From contig OY762007.1 in assembly GCA_963665115.1 (NCBI GenBank), positions 1,632,001 to 1,696,000 of the forward strand: a DNA stretch of 64,000 nt, read 5' to 3'. Within the stretch, counting starts at the first letter, position 1. Each line of letters starts with the position of its first letter. The notes under the pieces are model-generated. The model worked only from the letters and a program-made list of their open reading frames with translations. It was not told the origin of the DNA and searched no databases. Shown one piece after another: positions 21,242-32,619 of the stretch. Made by a program: the position numbers and the translations under genes. Source of the stretch: an uncultured Rivularia sp. GTDB taxonomy: Bacteria > Cyanobacteriota > Cyanobacteriia > Cyanobacteriales > Nostocaceae.

Positions 21242-21484
21242 AGTTTATCCCTCTCTAATATAGGTAACAAAAGCAAAAGTTACTCTTGCCCCGGCATATT
21301 GACAATTGGGACTTGAGGAAAACAATTAACCTACGCCTTACTCTTTGTTTTCGGAATTATTTTAATTCCGTACTAATATTTTCAGTATCGGCAATCATTT
21401 ATCCCCAATGGTAATAGCAAGAATTGAACTTACTTTATTGACACTGCAATAATTCCACCAGGAATATCACCCATTAGAAAACTT

Positions 21485-23510
21485 TCAAATATCATCTTTA
21501 TTTCGCTCTTCCAAACCAGCAATAAATTCAGTAACAATATTCCTGATTCGCCTATATTTCCTACCATCAGCACGAGATAAATTAAACACCTCTTGCAATA
21601 TTTGATGCAGTTCGTAACCTCGACTATGGAGTGAATGAATCTGAGATTTGGTTAAATCATCAAGGTTAATGTTAAAATAAAATTCTTCCTTTTGATTATT
21701 TGTAATAAGTGAATCGGTTGTAGATTTTTTTGATTTTTTAGGGAAGTTTTGATTATCAGAAGTATTTTCAATCGAAAAAGTTAAAAAATCTAACCCGGAA
21801 TCCCAACAAGAAGTTTCACTAGGGGTACTCATCGCTTGCTCAAGATAATCCCCAAAATCAGCTTTTGTACCTAAAAATAAACCTTGAAGACGCATAACAC
21901 CTTTAGGAGACTTATACAACATATCCCCACTACCTAATAAACTAGCAGCACGGTTATCGTCGGGATTACCCAAAATAATTCCACTATCTTCAGGGACGGG
22001 ATACCATGAAAGCAACTTTACCGGAACAATTTGACCGAATCAGGGGTTTAATTACATCTTTATCGGGACGTTGGGTAAACAGAAAAATATTGATTCCCGC
22101 AGCACCTGCTTTAGCTAATAGCTTCATCAAATCCATTTCAATTGAGTCTTTGTAGCTACTGTCTGAAAGTAAATCAAAACATTCATCAGTTACAGAAACT
22201 ATTCGAGGCATGGGACAATCGGGAAACATCTGATTGTACTCTTTAATATTTTCAACTCCCACCCGTTTAAATTCCTCGTAGCGAAGTTCTTGCTCTGCTA
22301 CCAAATAGTTGAAAATTTGCAGGGTGTTAGCTGCATCTTCTGCAACGGGTGCGATGAGATGGGGAAGTCCATTGAAGCAAGTCAGAGATACTAATTTAAC
22401 GTCACTCAAAGCAAGTTTGACCAAACTGGGAGGATAGCGCAGTGCCAAATACAGAACCATTGCTTTTTCAAATTGACTCTTTCCTCCACCAGTCATACCC
22501 CCTCCCAAGGTGTGATAAACATTCGAGTCGCAAAGTGAAATTTCAATATAATTGCCATCAACATCCACACCACCGGGGATAACTATTCGATTAATATTAA
22601 TCTCACTTGTTAAGTCAACGTAATCACTGAAATGAGCTATCTGTCGTTCAAGTCTGGGAATATCAAATACAACAGCACCCGGTACAACAGATATCATTGG
22701 TGGGTTTTCAAAGCTCAATTCTTCTCCCAATTGCTGAACCAAATCGCTACCAAGTCCTTGAACCTTCTTGAAGCTAACTCCTTTTTTCAATTTGATTTTG
22801 ACACGTTTGAAAGTGGGACCAACTTTAGTATCGACATAGCTACAGCTAACACCAAAATCATTGAGGGTTTCGACTAAGGTGTCACCCACCTTATGATTAA
22901 ATTTTTCTTCGACTTCGGAAATGTCTTGTTCGGTGCTACTGATTAAATTACCGTTGTAGGGGTTTGTTTTACTGTTCGGTAAAGGTAAAGATGGAATTTC
23001 TCCAGTTTTTTTAGCAACTAATTCGGCTGTTTTATAGACCAATTGCTTGAGATAAATATTTTTTGTTGAAGAAGCAAGCTTAACTAACTCTTGATAGGAT
23101 TTACTTTCTTGATATAGCTTATATAGTTCCAGAATGAAAGCATCTCTTTCATATTTACTGATGTATCGATTGATTAAAATATACCCTAATGCTAGTTTGG
23201 AGAAAGCTAAATCTTCCAAGTTTAATTCTTCCGAGCAAACATCAATTATTCGGTCACAATCAGTACCGCTTGTTACAGCTTGGTAAATAATTGCAAATAA
23301 ATAATCATGGTCGTAATTCTTGACGGGGCGAATTATTTTACTACCAAAGTCCGCTTCTTGAAGGATATTTGCCACATACAACTGCTGGTTGAAATCAAAT
23401 AATTGTTCTGCTTCTGCAAGAATATATCGGTTAGATAATCCCTGTGATTTAAGAACAGTAACAGCTTGATGAATTTCGGTGTTAGTATAATTTGACATAT
23501 TAACGAACAA
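21485..23510 (-). CDS. FtsK/SpoIIIE-family DNA translocase (single +1 frameshift at about 21994)
   Basis: Walker A GGMTGGGKS, DVKLVSL, Walker B VTDEC, GAAGI..TQRP, and AASLLGSGDML in the second frame. Confidence 0.85.
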
Positions 23511-24590
23511 CCCTCCGAGACAATTGCTTTTGGTAATAGCGACTCAATTCGCTCATAGCTTTTGGATTTTGGTTGTAAGAATTGCACGGAAAAGAAGCCC
23601 AAATTTTACCAACTTTACAAGCAGCTTGAGTAAAATTGCCCGACTCAACATCAGAAATAGCCTTGTTACGACGAATATATTCAATAGCCATCCTATCTTG
23701 TGATTCGGGAGAAAAATCTGGCAGGTTTAACTTTGGCTGCAAATCCCACCAAGATTTGTCGAGCATTTGATAAGCACCAGCAGCAGTAGAACAGGTTTTC
23801 TTACCATTAATTGGGGCACATTGTTTAATTAACGGATGAGTTGAAAAATTATCAAAAGTGCCATTAAAAACTAATTGTCGATAACTTTGGATTCCACTTG
23901 TCCCCGGTTTCAGCCCAGCGAATAGTTGCTAAAAAAGCCTGCATTCGATCGAGGTGAATAGTTAGAGTTTACTTTATGCTGTTCTAAATAGGGACGTGGG
24001 TTAACTGGCTTATTATTTAACCTCACCTCGAAATGTAAATGCGGTCCTGTAGACATTCCCGTGCTTCCTATCTTGCCGATTTTTTTTCCTGCTACAACTC
24101 TTTCTCCTTGTCTTACAAAAAGCTTGCTAGCATGACCATAAAGGGTTGATTTACCAGCACCATGATTAATAATCACAGCTTTTCCATAACCACCTCTCCA
24201 ACCAGCAAACTCAACTAAACCTGCTTCAAATGCATAAATTGGAGTACCTTTAGAAGCACCAAAATCAATACCCGAATGAAACTTACGTTCCCGAGTAATA
24301 GGGTGAATTCTCCAACCAAAACCACTGGTGATAGGTGAACCTTTTATTGTGGGAAAAGCTGTACTTTTAGAATCGGTAAGCTTGTTGGTGTTTTTTGCTA
24401 ATCTTTGGAGTAACCTAATTGGTTGTTGGGATTCAACCCATTTTGAAACTTGAGGAAGTGTGATCGCCATGCTCAAAGCCAAAGTAGCAAAAGCATATCC
24501 CCAATTTCTATCGATAGACAAACCGCTACCGGACTCTTTTAAACCTACGATTTTAGTGTTGTTACTTTCAATTTCCAGTTTTATTCGCAT
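23500..24590 (-). CDS. M23 peptidase-GH104/lysozyme fusion, frameshifted near 23900-23950
   Basis: ITSGFGWRIHP, HSGIDF, YGH and TGPHLHFEV motifs; then AFLATIRWAETG, STAAGAYQ, DFSPESQD and WASFP; removing 5 nt joins the frames. Confidence 0.85.
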
Positions 24591-24825
24591 TCTGACAATT
24601 AGAATTGGTGGAACTCAGTAACTTCTCAAAATTGTTGAGAGGATTGTTGCAAATCGAATCAGTTGGTGTGGGTTTGGGTTTGGGTTGAGAAACAATCGCA
24701 GTGGAAATTGGGAATTTAATTTTTTGAGTTACATTACCCAAGTTGTAAAACTTAAGATATCCCGGTTGGAGAATATCCAGTACCCACACCAAGAAAGTCA
24801 CCCCAAAGAAAATTTTGACCAACAT
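24568..24825 (-). CDS. Small hypothetical membrane protein
   Basis: N-terminal TM segment; overlaps both neighbours. Confidence 0.6.
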   Translation of the reverse strand: MLVKIFFGVTFLVWVLDILQPGYLKFYNLGNVTQKIKFPISTAIVSQPKPKPTPTDSICNNPLNNFEKLLSSTNSNCQNANKTGN

Positions 24826-25310
24826 TATTCCAATTGCCGAAATACAGGCATTGAAAATGAGGGTACTTCCTCTGGTACAACTTCAATCTTCTTCCCGGAA
24901 GCATAACCTGGTCCGGTATAGCTACCATTGAGTAAAAAATTAACCAACATTACAAACAACCACAACCCAACAGCAGCGACACCAATTGGAGACTTTATAC
25001 AATCGCTGAGGAAGTAGGCAGGATACCAAAGGAAACGCGCTTGGTTCTGAGGATGCAATCTATGAGCTTTCCACGTTTCTACATAGGGAATTTCAATTTG
25101 AGGGACTTTTGGTTTATAGCTCGTTTGTGAATTGACGTACCTTACTTCTACAGGTTGGGAATCAGTAGACATTGGTATTCCTGGTTGCTGATTTACTACA
25201 CCTCCTTGCTGTTGAACTTGGTTCAACATTCCCTGTAAGCGTGTGGTAGGAACAATTGCACCACCATCGGAATAGTCAATATCAACATGATTGCGACGAT
25301 TTCTGGACAT
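24825..25310 (-). CDS. Hypothetical membrane protein
   Basis: TM segment IGVAAVGLWLFVMLVNFLL; tight operon spacing. Confidence 0.65.
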   Translation of the reverse strand: MSRNRRNHVDIDYSDGGAIVPTTRLQGMLNQVQQQGGVVNQQPGIPMSTDSQPVEVRYVNSQTSYKPKVPQIEIPYVETWKAHRLHPQNQARFLWYPAYFLSDCIKSPIGVAAVGLWLFVMLVNFLLNGSYTGPGYASGKKIEVVPEEVPSFSMPVFRQLE

Positions 25311-25319
25311 ATTTAACTC

Positions 25320-25820
25320 CTAATTTGCAGTATTATTGGGATTGGAATTATCGTCTTCCCACAAATCTTCTTGTTGAAGTTGAGAATAAAATTCTTGTGG
25401 AGATAATGTTTCAGATTCGCTCACTACATCTAAATCAGATTGATTAGATAAGGAACGAGAGGGAAAGTGAATTAAGTTATTGCTAGAAATACTATTCACA
25501 TCAGGATTAACAGGTGGAGGTAATTGAACATTATTCGAAGTTGTGGGGGCATTTGTATTTACCGAATTATCAATCATCTCATCATCTTCAATTATGTTGT
25601 TGTAATCAGAAATTCCCCAACCCAAAAAACCAGCAAAACCACCGATAAAGATGATTGCACTCATCCAATGTACGGATGAATTGGGGGACGGCATCATCTC
25701 TACCGTTGTGCGGGTTGAACCAGAAAGAGTGGTACGGATAGGAGTACGTTTAACTGCCGCTACAACGTTTAGCGAACATAAAGCTATACAAATTATTGCA
25801 GCGGCAAATTTGGCGTACAT
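25320..25820 (-). CDS. Hypothetical membrane protein
   Basis: Two hydrophobic segments and an acidic tail. Confidence 0.65.
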   Translation of the reverse strand: MYAKFAAAIICIALCSLNVVAAVKRTPIRTTLSGSTRTTVEMMPSPNSSVHWMSAIIFIGGFAGFLGWGISDYNNIIEDDEMIDNSVNTNAPTTSNNVQLPPPVNPDVNSISSNNLIHFPSRSLSNQSDLDVVSESETLSPQEFYSQLQQEDLWEDDNSNPNNTAN

Positions 25821-25883
25821 ACTAAAGTCTCCTTGGTTTAGGATTTGAGATTACAAACATTAATTAGAGCTTCGTTTGGTTAT

Positions 25884-26720
25884 TTAAGGTTGAGTATCTT
25901 CTGGATTCGGAGTAGCTGGTCTGACTGTCTCTTTCATCTCTTGCAAATAAAGTTTTCGTTCCTCCTGTTGTTTTTTGATTTTTTCACGAATTTCTCCTAC
26001 TTGAGCTAATTGTTCAACTGGATCTGAATATCCACGGGCACGCAATAACTGCGCTTGAGCAAGGGAATATGGTTCTTGAGCATTACGGATTTGCACTAGC
26101 ATCTGATTCAAATCCACTACGGGTTGAGACTCCAGATTTTGCGCGTAATCAATTGCTTCGAGTTTCCCTAATATCATTACAGCAGCCGCACCTATAGGAA
26201 TCTTTTCTTCTACTTTCGTTCCGTCAGTTTTGCGATAACCCCAGTAAAAGGTATCATTACCAGAAGCCGCTTCTAGCAAAACGTCTAGGGAGTTGAATTT
26301 AACTATCTCTAATGCAGGCATATAATGCAAACGGTAAAAACCTGAATCTTCATCGCTCTGCATCGTAGATATTTGGCTTTTGAGTTGCTGACCCCATAAT
26401 GCTGCTGCCATTTGTCGCCAACCGCTCAAATTTGGCGTACCTTCAACAGAAGAGTAACTGGAAAGATGGTCAATGTTGTAGTCAGTTCGGGTAAGCTTTT
26501 CTAGGTAGACTTCACGTATTTGGGAAACTTGTGTCTTAGCCTGCTGTACGGCTGAAATTTGATTCCTTCCTGGTATCTGTTGCTTCCAGCCAACCATCAA
26601 AGCTACTGCACCAATTATAGAAATTGCTCCAACAGTGGAAAAAGCCGTCCACAAACCTATACTTACCCTTTTCTTCTTTTTAGTTGGCTTTTTATCTTGA
26701 ACGGGTACGGGAGTAAACAT
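25884..26720 (-). CDS. Hypothetical bitopic membrane protein
   Basis: Basic N-terminus, one TM segment, helical C-terminal domain. Confidence 0.7.
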   Translation of the reverse strand: MFTPVPVQDKKPTKKKKRVSIGLWTAFSTVGAISIIGAVALMVGWKQQIPGRNQISAVQQAKTQVSQIREVYLEKLTRTDYNIDHLSSYSSVEGTPNLSGWRQMAAALWGQQLKSQISTMQSDEDSGFYRLHYMPALEIVKFNSLDVLLEAASGNDTFYWGYRKTDGTKVEEKIPIGAAAVMILGKLEAIDYAQNLESQPVVDLNQMLVQIRNAQEPYSLAQAQLLRARGYSDPVEQLAQVGEIREKIKKQQEERKLYLQEMKETVRPATPNPEDTQP

Positions 26721-26733
26721 TGGAACTAATCAT

Positions 26734-26952
26734 TTAAGTATTGTCAACAATCAAACTTAATTGCGGGCGTTTATTCAATTCGCGTGCAACAGCAATTCCT
26801 GTACCACCAACAACTATTCCGGTTAAGAGCAATAATGGATTCAGGGCAAGGGTTGCACCTATTCCCATCAATTGACCGACCATTCCAGAAACGCCCAAGT
26901 TCATTAATAATCCACCTGCGGTATTAACTAAAAAGTCAAATGCTGCTTTCAT
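26734..26952 (-). CDS. Small Gly-rich membrane protein
   Basis: Hydrophobic, GxxxG-rich; operonic. Confidence 0.6.
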   Translation of the reverse strand: MKAAFDFLVNTAGGLLMNLGVSGMVGQLMGIGATLALNPLLLLTGIVVGGTGIAVARELNKRPQLSLIVDNT

Positions 26953-27199
26953 TTTTATTACTCTTCCAAATTACAATTAGTGCCAAAATTAACCCAATTA
27001 TTTCGCCAATCCCCACTCCAATCAAAATAGGTTGAATGCTGTTAATTTCTTGCCTTTCTTGAGTTGGGGGAACTGCTACCCATGTTCCAACAACTGTTCC
27101 AGTTAAAACACTGAGAAAGTTTATACCAACTGCAACCGTTGCATTATTCCGCATTTGCAATAAACTTTCATCACGAAACTGGTAACAAATAGGTAGCAT
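26936..27199 (-). CDS. Small two-TM protein
   Basis: Two hydrophobic segments; operonic. Confidence 0.6.
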   Translation of the reverse strand: MLPICYQFRDESLLQMRNNATVAVGINFLSVLTGTVVGTWVAVPPTQERQEINSIQPILIGVGIGEIIGLILALIVIWKSNKNESSI

Positions 27200-27207
27200 T
27201 TGATTAA

Positions 27208-27840
27208 CTATTTCTTCGGAGATTGCTTTATTTTCTGCTGCGAGGACTTCAACTGTTTCTGCTGCGGTGTTGATGTATTCAGCAGTAGGGGATGTGCTTC
27301 CTCCCCCCAGTTGACTTTGCCGAAAAAATCATTATCAATGCGCGAGTTAATCCGCTCCTGAGCTTGGTCAAATTCATTTAAATTATCTCCAGTTCCACTA
27401 AATATAAATTCCTCTAAAGCAAGAGTAGAAGATTCCAGTACTACTCGATGACGTAATTGCCCCAACTGAATGCCTCTATCCGTATCCCCGTAAAGCATTC
27501 CTACGAAACTGTCTCCAGGAGCTTGTTCTGGATCTACACCAAATCTTTGTTTGATGTATTCACGCTTGTTGAATTTGCGATCGCCGAAGGCGGCTCCTAA
27601 AGGAGCATCGCCTAATTCTTCGGAACTATTACGCATCTCAATCAAATGCCGAGCAGCCTCTTCAAGAGACATATTTTCTTTATTTGCAGCAGCTTTTAGA
27701 TTAGATAGTTGAGATTCGACCTGTTCGCTAACAGTATTACCGCTAATTTCCAAATCCAATAATTGGCAAATATTTCGCACAACTTCAGGTGACACTTGTA
27801 GCTGTTGTGCTAGCTGATTGATATGCTTCATTACGCTCAA
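27208..27840 (-). CDS. Hypothetical protein with an in-frame palindromic insert
   Basis: Possible N-terminal HTH; GC-rich insert at about 27577-27612 next to a HIP1 site. Confidence 0.65.
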   Translation of the reverse strand: MSVMKHINQLAQQLQVSPEVVRNICQLLDLEISGNTVSEQVESQLSNLKAAANKENMSLEEAARHLIEMRNSSEELGDAPLGAAFGDRKFNKREYIKQRFGVDPEQAPGDSFVGMLYGDTDRGIQLGQLRHRVVLESSTLALEEFIFSGTGDNLNEFDQAQERINSRIDNDFFGKVNWGEEAHPLLLNTSTPQQKQLKSSQQKIKQSPKK

Positions 27841-28189
27841 TTATCCTAATTACTGTTTGTACTATTGGGTTATTTTTTTCTGCTTCAGATATGTGCTTGG
27901 TCAAAAAATCATACAGAGTCATCTTGTTAACAAGACGTAAATAAGAATCTAATCCACCAGCAGGAATTACCTGCTCTAAATATTCTTCAAAGGTTAATCT
28001 TCTAATCCTAATAGCAACATAAAAAATATCAGCTACTTCAACTGCTGCTGCATCAAAATATCCTCCGCGCTTCTTAGGTTTCACGATTCCCGCGTATGGG
28101 AACCACTGCTGTAAGGCTGCAATTGAAATTCCATATCTTTGAGAAAGTGTCTTCTGCGTGTAGATAACGTTTTCATATACCATACCCAC
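27785..28189 (-). CDS. MerR-like HTH hypothetical protein, first gene of the cluster
   Basis: YTQKTLSQRYGISIAALQQW. Confidence 0.6.
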   Translation of the reverse strand: MGMVYENVIYTQKTLSQRYGISIAALQQWFPYAGIVKPKKRGGYFDAAAVEVADIFYVAIRIRRLTFEEYLEQVIPAGGLDSYLRLVNKMTLYDFLTKHISEAEKNNPIVQTVIRIIERNEAYQSASTTATSVT

Positions 28190-28937
28190 TCAATTCCAAC
28201 GTTGAGGTGATTGTCTGTAGGGAAAAAGGCAAACTTAAGTATCACAACAACATTTGTTAAATATTTTTTATTTAACGAATCCAGCTACTTTAATTCAGGT
28301 TCAACTGGACTTAAGCTTAGTTAAATTTATGCCTAATTCAGCAAACAATTGTTAGGTTACATATTGTATATTGGCAATGCAAGCAGGTTTAGATATATGA
28401 AGTAAAAAAAATAAAATATGTTTGATAGTGTCAAAATACGCTTTAGTAGAAAAATATGCTCAAAATAAAAAGAATGATATTGAAATTTTCTATCTAAATC
28501 TATAATTGGCATTATTCAATCTAGAACATTATGCAGAAGAAATCGCATCTTGTGGGCGGACTTTCAACTAATCCAAAAATTTGATTCAGCATGATGCAGC
28601 TGCGGTGATTGCTACAAATTATCCAATTGGGGATCTGTTCGCAGCAGCTTTTACGAAGGTGTATTATCAATTCTTTCTGCTCGGGATGGTGTTGGAGGAC
28701 GAAGTAAGTGGGGAAAATGGTTAAAATTATGATTACTGGGGAGGCATTACGGGCGAGGAGGGGAGCAACGCGATTTTGTGAACATGGGTTTAGATTCTCA
28801 ACAATATAGCTAAATTATCTAATTTTATTGATAATTTAGCTGCGATCGCACTTTGAAATAGTCTATTTTCGTTCCAAATTTTAGTAACCCACTTTTTCGC
28901 GTTGCCCCCGGCGAGGAGATGGTTTTTTTTAAGGAGT

Positions 28938-29340
28938 TTGACATACTCCCAAGGATTCTATCCATGGGATTCTGGGTTCAAACAGAGATTGCAGTCTCAG
29001 ACTGTCTTACATCTCCTAGCCCAATGGTTGATGCCCCAACCATTTGAATATTACGAGCAGCGTTTTCGTCTCTTCCGTTAACTACTTGGCAAGAAGGACA
29101 ACGCCATTCTCTGGTTGATAATTCGAGCTTTTCTAGGACGTGACCACAGTTAGAGCAAGTCTTGCTCGATGGATACCATTGGTCTATAAAAACTAGCTGC
29201 TTATCTTTTTTCTTGGCAACCCATTCCAAGATTTCTAGAAATTCGCCAAAAGCTAAGTCAGATATCTTCTTGCCCCAAAGGCGTTGCATACCTTTAAGAT
29301 TAAGTGTCTCGAAGCAAAGCACATCAAATTTATCGGTTAA
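28938..29340 (-). mobile_element. tnpB: IS605-family right end with tnpB 3' remnant
   Basis: FETLNLKGM, PSSKTCSNCG, WRCPSC..RDENAARNI; right-end hairpin ending TCAA at 28938. Confidence 0.85.
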
Positions 29341-29576
29341 GTGCAGATAAATCTGCTGTTCGCAAATCCCCCCAGGAATGTGGTGGGCTTTGCTTATAAT
29401 TCTGTAAGAGCAGCACTTTTAAATATCTGATGAAGGAATTAGATATCTAGGGAATTTATTTGGAACTATGATTTTTGCGATTTGAGCAATTTAAGCTATC
29501 GCACTCGATAAACCTACCAAACTTTGTGCAAAATTTTCTCTTAACTTTGGCGATCGCAATAATCACCAAACAAGCA

Positions 29577-29735
29577 TCAAGAATCGGAATCACTAAATAA
29601 TGCAGTTAAATCTCGATAACCGCTAATCACTCGAAAAATTTCAACATTTTGCCCTATCGGCATGTAAAGTATGAGGTAACTATCTACGGATAGACTACGG
29701 ATACCAGGTAATATTTCATCTCGTTGTGAAGGCAT
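29577..29735 (-). pseudogene. ParE/RelE toxin C-terminal fragment
   Basis: RDEILPGIRSLSVDSYLILYMPIGQNVEIFRVISGYRDLTALF. Confidence 0.7.
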
Positions 29736-29804
29736 TAAAACGGAATAAATAGTAATTTACCCGAAATAACACTTTTGTTAAGAATCTCTGAGGATTCGGC
29801 TCAT

Positions 29805-29955
29805 CTGTAGTTATGGGAGTCATAGACTCAACTACTTTGATTGCTACTCAACAGAAACTTGCCGGACGCTTCACACGCCCTGTATACTCAGATGAAGGTG
29901 CCAACCTTCGTTACAAGCCTGAATACACACCTAGTCCCTCACGGGTCTAGGCTTA
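29805..29955 (-). ncRNA. Putative omegaRNA-like structured RNA downstream of a TnpB/Cas12f-like gene
   Basis: About five nested or adjacent hairpins (cctag/ctagg, tgtattcag/ctgagtataca, gaaggt/accttc, gggcg/cgtcc, gtagtt-gagtc/gactc-aactac). Confidence 0.5.
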
Positions 29956-29969
29956 GATTTTTATGCTGT

Positions 29970-30670
29970 TTATGATACGAATACAGCATCTTCTTTATAT
30001 CTTAGGACAGCTTTAAGCCCAATGTTTCTTGCGGCGTTGACTCCGGAATGGGCGGTGTATCCAGATGGGGACTTTACCCATGTTGCGCCGGGGTTATATT
30101 CAATGTTTTGTTCGGTTACGGTTTGAGGAATGTAATTTTGTCTACTTACATTGTTCCCCCACAGGTCAAGCTTAGAAGTATTGCGAGGATTAACGCGAGT
30201 GGTCAGAATGGAGTAATCGTTATAAGCTCCTATTTTGACGTTTTGATAAATCTTATCTTTAAGCCAATAAGAACGTTTTTGTTTGGAACGTTTGGAATAC
30301 TTGCCTTTTTTGGGGCGCAGATTTTTTAAATGCTCGAACGAAATAATTGCACAACCATACCCCTTGGCATAATTGATTATTTCCCGAGCAACTTGATAAC
30401 CCATGTCTTTTTCTCGGTTACGAATTTTCTCCCACTTTTTAAAACAATAACCTTTGTGGATAATCGCTGTTTTGTTCATTTTGACAGCTATCTTTCCTAA
30501 ATCCCTCATCAATCAGATTTAATCCGTTCGGAGCTTTTATGAATCGTCTGGCGCACTCTCGTACTTGGTTATCTTCGATTTCTAGGACAGATAGTATTGC
30601 CGCATGATTATCTAAATCGATATCCACACCTAAAACACGAACAACATCTTTACTTATTTGACAAGAAATT
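29970..30670 (-). pseudogene. TnpB/Cas12f-like RuvC protein, C-terminal part, frameshifted and 5'-truncated
   Basis: VLGVDI, ISFEHLKNLR, RVNPRNTSK and HSGVNAARNIG motifs. Confidence 0.7.
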
Positions 30671-30679
30671 CCAAGAGAA

Positions 30680-32589
30680 CGCAAGCCCAGAGTTTTTAAA
30701 CCTGGGTTAGTTCGATGTGAAGCGAATTTATTCGCCGTCTCCCCTTTCCGCGAGCGCTTCAATAAACTCCCTAACTTCACCTTGCCAGTTAGGAACATTT
30801 TTCAACTTTTCTTTTACTTTTGGGGTCAATCTAATAGCTATTTGTGCTGTCAATGGTTGTTTTCTGTTGGTAGTGAAGCCTTCTTTATGCCCTTTCGCAA
30901 AATGTCCTTTAGAACTTCTCATAAACCTGTTGACGATATGGTAACTAATGGCTATACTGTTTGTAGCACTATTTGAGAGGTCGAGTCAAATGGCACGAGC
31001 AAAAACCCCGTCATTTATTACCGAGATACCGTTAAAGGTAGACAGCAAGCAAGAAAAAGAATTGCTAGCACGATTTCAAGCCGCCAGACAGCTATACAAT
31101 GCTTGTTTAGGCGAAGCTCTAATCCGGTTAGAGCTAGTACGGCATTCCGATCCATACAGGCGAGCAAAAAAGCTCAAGGGGGCTAGCAAAAAGGAGCGTC
31201 AAGAGCTATTCAACGAGGCGAGAGAACAATATAGATTCAATGAGTATGGGTTATGTTATGCAGCAACTCGGACAGCAAATGATAGTAAGTGGATAGCTAG
31301 TAAGTTAGGCGCTCACGAAAAGCAAACAATAGGTAAAGTCTTGCGGGGGAATCCTCCCCCGCAGAGCTTTACGTAAAAGGGCATTCAATGCTGTAGAGAA
31401 GATGTTGTTTGGGAGAGCTAAAAAAGTACGATTCAAAGTTGCGACGCGCTTTAAATCCGTTGAAGGTAAGTCAAACGCTACGGGGATAAGGTTTATCAAT
31501 AACCAGGTTCTATGGAAGAAATTAGCGTTAAATCCGATTATTGACTGGAGTAATCCGGTAATAGTTCACGGATTAAATTCACCTGTTAAGTATTGTCGTA
31601 TCTTATGGCGTAACCTTAACGGCAAAAGGCGTTGGTTTATCCAATTAATTCAGAGCGGTTTGCCGTATCAAAAACCGACTAACTACGTAACACAAGGGAT
31701 AGTTGGATTAGATATTAACATCTCTGATGTTGCGTTTGTTGCTGATAATAAAGCTGGATTACTACCGTTTGCAGAGAACGTTTCAACTTTTGAACGCGAG
31801 ATAAAATCGCTTCAAAAAAAGATGCAGCGCTCTCTAAAAACGCATAATCCAGATAATTTTGAACCCGACTTTGATAAAAATGTTGGGAACAAAATCGTTC
31901 GCAAGAAAGGTAAAGTCAAGAAAGGTAAAAAGCAATGGATAAAGACGAGAAATTATCGTCGAATTCAAGCTAAAAAATCTGAATTAGAACGTCGTAAATC
32001 AAGTTATTCAAAGTCTCAAAACCGTAGATTAGTTAACGAGATATTGCGTCACGGTAACGTCATAAAAACCGAAAACGTAAGCGTTAAAGGTTGGCAGAAA
32101 CGTTACGGCAAGGCTATATCTGCTAAATCTCCGGGATTTTTTCAATCAGAACTAAAACGCAAAGTTGAGAATACTGGCGGACAGTTCATTAAGTTTTCTA
32201 CTAGAAACACCGCTCTTTCTCAAACTCATTCTTCTGGTATTCGTATCAAGAAAAAATTATCGGAAAGAGTTCATCACGACGTAAACGGATTTAAAATGCA
32301 TCGTGATTTATGGAGCGCGTACCTAGCTAGACACGTATATGATGATTCTCTTTCTGTGGTGGATGGTCTTTTAGACTATCCGTGGTCGGAGCCGATCATG
32401 ATGGATGCATGGAAAGAATATAATCAACAATCTGCAAGCCAAGTAGCCAAGCGCAAAAGCAGGAGATATCATAACTCCTCGGAGCAGATATCCGTCAAAG
32501 AGCTAAACCTTAACCAGATAGCCAACAACGGCGACAAGTTAGGGTGTATGCCTGAATCGAGCGCGTCTTCAGACCTGAGAGTGGCTCAA
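30680..32589 (+). mobile_element. IS200/IS605-family TnpB element lacking tnpA
   Basis: Left hairpin cccag..ctggg (about 30685-30706); right end finishes with TCAA at about 32589; the genes on both flanks are truncated at its ends. Confidence 0.7.
30728..30922 (-). CDS. Small RHH-like protein divergent from tnpB
   Basis: LTAQIAIRLTPKVKEKLKNVPNWQGEVREFIEAL. Confidence 0.65.
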   Translation of the reverse strand: MRSSKGHFAKGHKEGFTTNRKQPLTAQIAIRLTPKVKEKLKNVPNWQGEVREFIEALAERGDGE

Positions 32590-32619
32590 TATTACTCCAT
32601 CGAAACTATTAACTTTTGA
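30990..32619 (+). pseudogene. tnpB: TnpB frameshifted by a 40-bp palindromic insert (31333-31372)
   Basis: TPSFITEIPL, ARQLYNACL, RuvC motifs VGLDIN / KTENVS / HRDLWSA; removing the insert restores GKRAF. Confidence 0.88.

Noticed and set aside
28440..28850. Possible TPR/CHAT-domain remnant (AAAVIATNYPIGDLFAAAFTKVYY)
   Set aside because: Too degraded to call confidently
30990..32619. TnpB as a type V CRISPR effector
   Set aside because: No adjacent array; IS-type ends are present
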